A DNA stretch of 64,000 nucleotides from an uncultured bacterium (GTDB lineage: Bacteria; Omnitrophota; Omnitrophia; Omnitrophales; Aquincolibacteriaceae): NCBI GenBank assembly GCA_964434115.1, contig CAYSSX010000001.1, positions 165,855 through 229,854 of the forward strand. Direction: 5' to 3'. A program made the position numbers and the translations under genes. This document shows, one piece after another, positions 62,660-64,000 of this stretch. The number at the start of each line of letters is the position of its first letter. The first letter of the stretch is position 1. The notes under the pieces were generated by a model that saw only the letters and a list, made by a program, of their open reading frames with translations, searched no databases and was not told where the DNA came from.

Positions 62660-62673
62660 AAAAAATTTGTTCC

Positions 62674-63123
62674 CTATTCGCCAAAAGCCCCTAATAAGGA
62701 ACATGCGGCCCTGAGGCCAAGCCGGTAGCTTTCCTTGCCGAATCCCGAGATTTGTCCCACGCAGGCCGGTGCCGTGACCGATTGGCGCCGGAATTCCTCT
62801 CTTTTGTGAATGTTCGACAAATGCACTTCCACACAGGGAATCGCACACGCCAAAATGGCATCGCGGAGAGCCACACTGGTATGGGTATAGGCCGCCGGGT
62901 TGATCACAATCGCGGTGTATTTTTTCCGCGCGGAACCGATCACGTCCAGAAGGTCCCCTTCATGGTTGGATTGATAAAAATCCACCTGAACTTTAAGGGC
63001 CTTGGCTTCTTCAAGAAGCAGCTGGTTAATTTCTTCCAAAGTCAGCTTCCCGTAGATTTCCACCTCTCGCTGCCCCAAAAGATTGAGGTTGGGACCGTGA
63101 ATCACCAGGATTTTCTTTTTCAT
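62674..63123 (-). CDS. aroQ: Type II 3-dehydroquinate dehydratase
   Basis: [16 protein letters not shown], the HLSNIH motif; 149 aa. Confidence 0.9.
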   Translation of the reverse strand: MKKKILVIHGPNLNLLGQREVEIYGKLTLEEINQLLLEEAKALKVQVDFYQSNHEGDLLDVIGSARKKYTAIVINPAAYTHTSVALRDAILACAIPCVEVHLSNIHKREEFRRQSVTAPACVGQISGFGKESYRLGLRAACSLLGAFGE

Positions 63124-64000
63124 GCAGGGTCTCCTTGCTGAACCGTTTCAATATCGTGCAGGGTTTGACTTTTAAGACCGCCGGCAAAGGCGAACCACAA
63201 ACCGGACAGGAATCCAAATCCGTAAATAAGGAAATCGGTTAAGAGCGAAAGAGCCAGGGCCCTTTCCGGAGGCATGTAGTGCGAAAAGAAATAAACAGAC
63301 CCGGCTTCCCGCACACCGAGGCCGCCCAAAGAAGGCGCCATACTAATAATGGAAACCAGAGGGATGATCACAAAGTAAATGCCGGGATGAATGTCAACGC
63401 CCAGGCTTTCCCCCATCCAGTAGTTAAGAAGAATCACGATGGACTGGCCGGTGATCGAAATCAGAAGACAGGCGGCCAATGTTCCTTTGTGGTTCTTGCA
63501 GGTGTAGAAGGCGTGGTAAAGCTCAGTCAGTTTATCCCGCAGTTTTCCCGCGGGAATTAAAAAATCCAGAAATTTGAAAGCCTTGGCAAAGCGGCGGCTG
63601 GCAAAAAAAAGCGTAATTCCGCCAATGAGCGCAAGAAAAGCATAAAACACGAGCGAAACCCGGGGGTCTTCAAATTCCTTATGGAAAAAAAGCATCCCCA
63701 CCATGGCGATGATCATAATCGCGATAAGGCCTAGAAGCCGGTCAAGAATGACGGAGGTCGCGGCCGGGATTTTTTTTCCGGAATACTTGGAAGCGTAATA
63801 AATTTTGGCCACATCCCCGCCTACCGCGGACGGCAGGAAGAGATTAAAAAAAAGGCCCACCACACAGAGGTAGAGGGTTTTAGCGTAGGAAACATGGACT
63901 CCCTGAATCAAAAAAATGCGCCAGAGACGAACCGCCATGATGACCTGCACGGCGGCGAAGGCCGCGACCGCGAGGCCGAACCACTCCCAATTGACTTCCG
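63120..64000 (-). CDS. Lysylphosphatidylglycerol-synthase-like transmembrane domain protein (UPF0104 / flippase-like), partial; N-terminus beyond the right window edge
   Basis: Polytopic membrane protein with [13 protein letters not shown] motifs. The reading frame stays open from 63950 to 64000, so the gene continues past the window. Confidence 0.5.
   Translation of the reverse strand, partial: EVNWEWFGLAVAAFAAVQVIMAVRLWRIFLIQGVHVSYAKTLYLCVVGLFFNLFLPSAVGGDVAKIYYASKYSGKKIPAATSVILDRLLGLIAIMIIAMVGMLFFHKEFEDPRVSLVFYAFLALIGGITLFFASRRFAKAFKFLDFLIPAGKLRDKLTELYHAFYTCKNHKGTLAACLLISITGQSIVILLNYWMGESLGVDIHPGIYFVIIPLVSIISMAPSLGGLGVREAGSVYFFSHYMPPERALALSLLTDFLIYGFGFLSGLWFAFAGGLKSQTLHDIETVQQGDPA

Overview
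This is a high-GC bacterial window, and the organism is presumably a diderm because an LptD homologue is present. Nearly all genes lie on the minus strand. Positions 1..46303 form one very large, almost uninterrupted, co-directional glycan-biosynthesis supercluster. Its contents, in order, are:
- a truncated NodU/CmcH carbamoyltransferase at the left edge
- two Wzy_C/O-antigen-ligase-like proteins and a Wzx flippase
- a GT4 glycosyltransferase
- three GT2 polyprenol-phosphate-sugar synthases paired with at least seven GT-C-fold membrane glycosyltransferases (ArnT/PMT_2-like, YfhO-like, two tandem DUF2079 paralogs)
- a pseudaminic/legionaminic-acid-like cassette (DegT aminotransferase, NeuB-like synthase without the SAF domain, SpsG/PseG-like, CMP-sugar cytidylyltransferase)
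- a WbpB/WbpE/WbpD-like trio (Gfo/Idh/MocA oxidoreductase, DegT, acetyltransferases)
- WecB, WecD-like GNAT, several SDR epimerases/dehydratases, a C-methyltransferase, two zinc-ribbon methyltransferases, a TagF/capsule-like GT-B protein, an SGNH hydrolase and a CDP-alcohol phosphatidyltransferase
- Ugd plus UDP-glucuronate decarboxylase, immediately downstream of lptD

To the right of the cluster are:
- three GGDEF diguanylate cyclases and an orphan ABC ATPase
- accD
- rpoN and a NUDIX hydrolase on the plus strand
- tRNA-Thr(CGT), then a small hypothetical ORF and cysQ
- tRNA-Gly(CCC), flanked by two 96-bp tandem repeats that each copy the tRNA 3' end
- an ADP-heptose module: gmhA, an HldE-domain-II::ThiE fusion and a PfkB kinase
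- pfkA and an Asp23/AmaP-like membrane protein
- accC, accB and aroQ
- a truncated LPG-synthase-like membrane protein at the right edge

The hunt items I rank highest are a BrnA-like ribbon-helix-helix domain fused to an SDR epimerase beside GTATATAC-type palindromes, and the translationally coupled GT2/GT-C operon at 30128..41698. No CRISPR array, integrase or transposase was seen. Many track ORFs carry spurious N-terminal extensions, so starts were re-set where a Shine-Dalgarno motif or a stop/start overlap supports an internal start.
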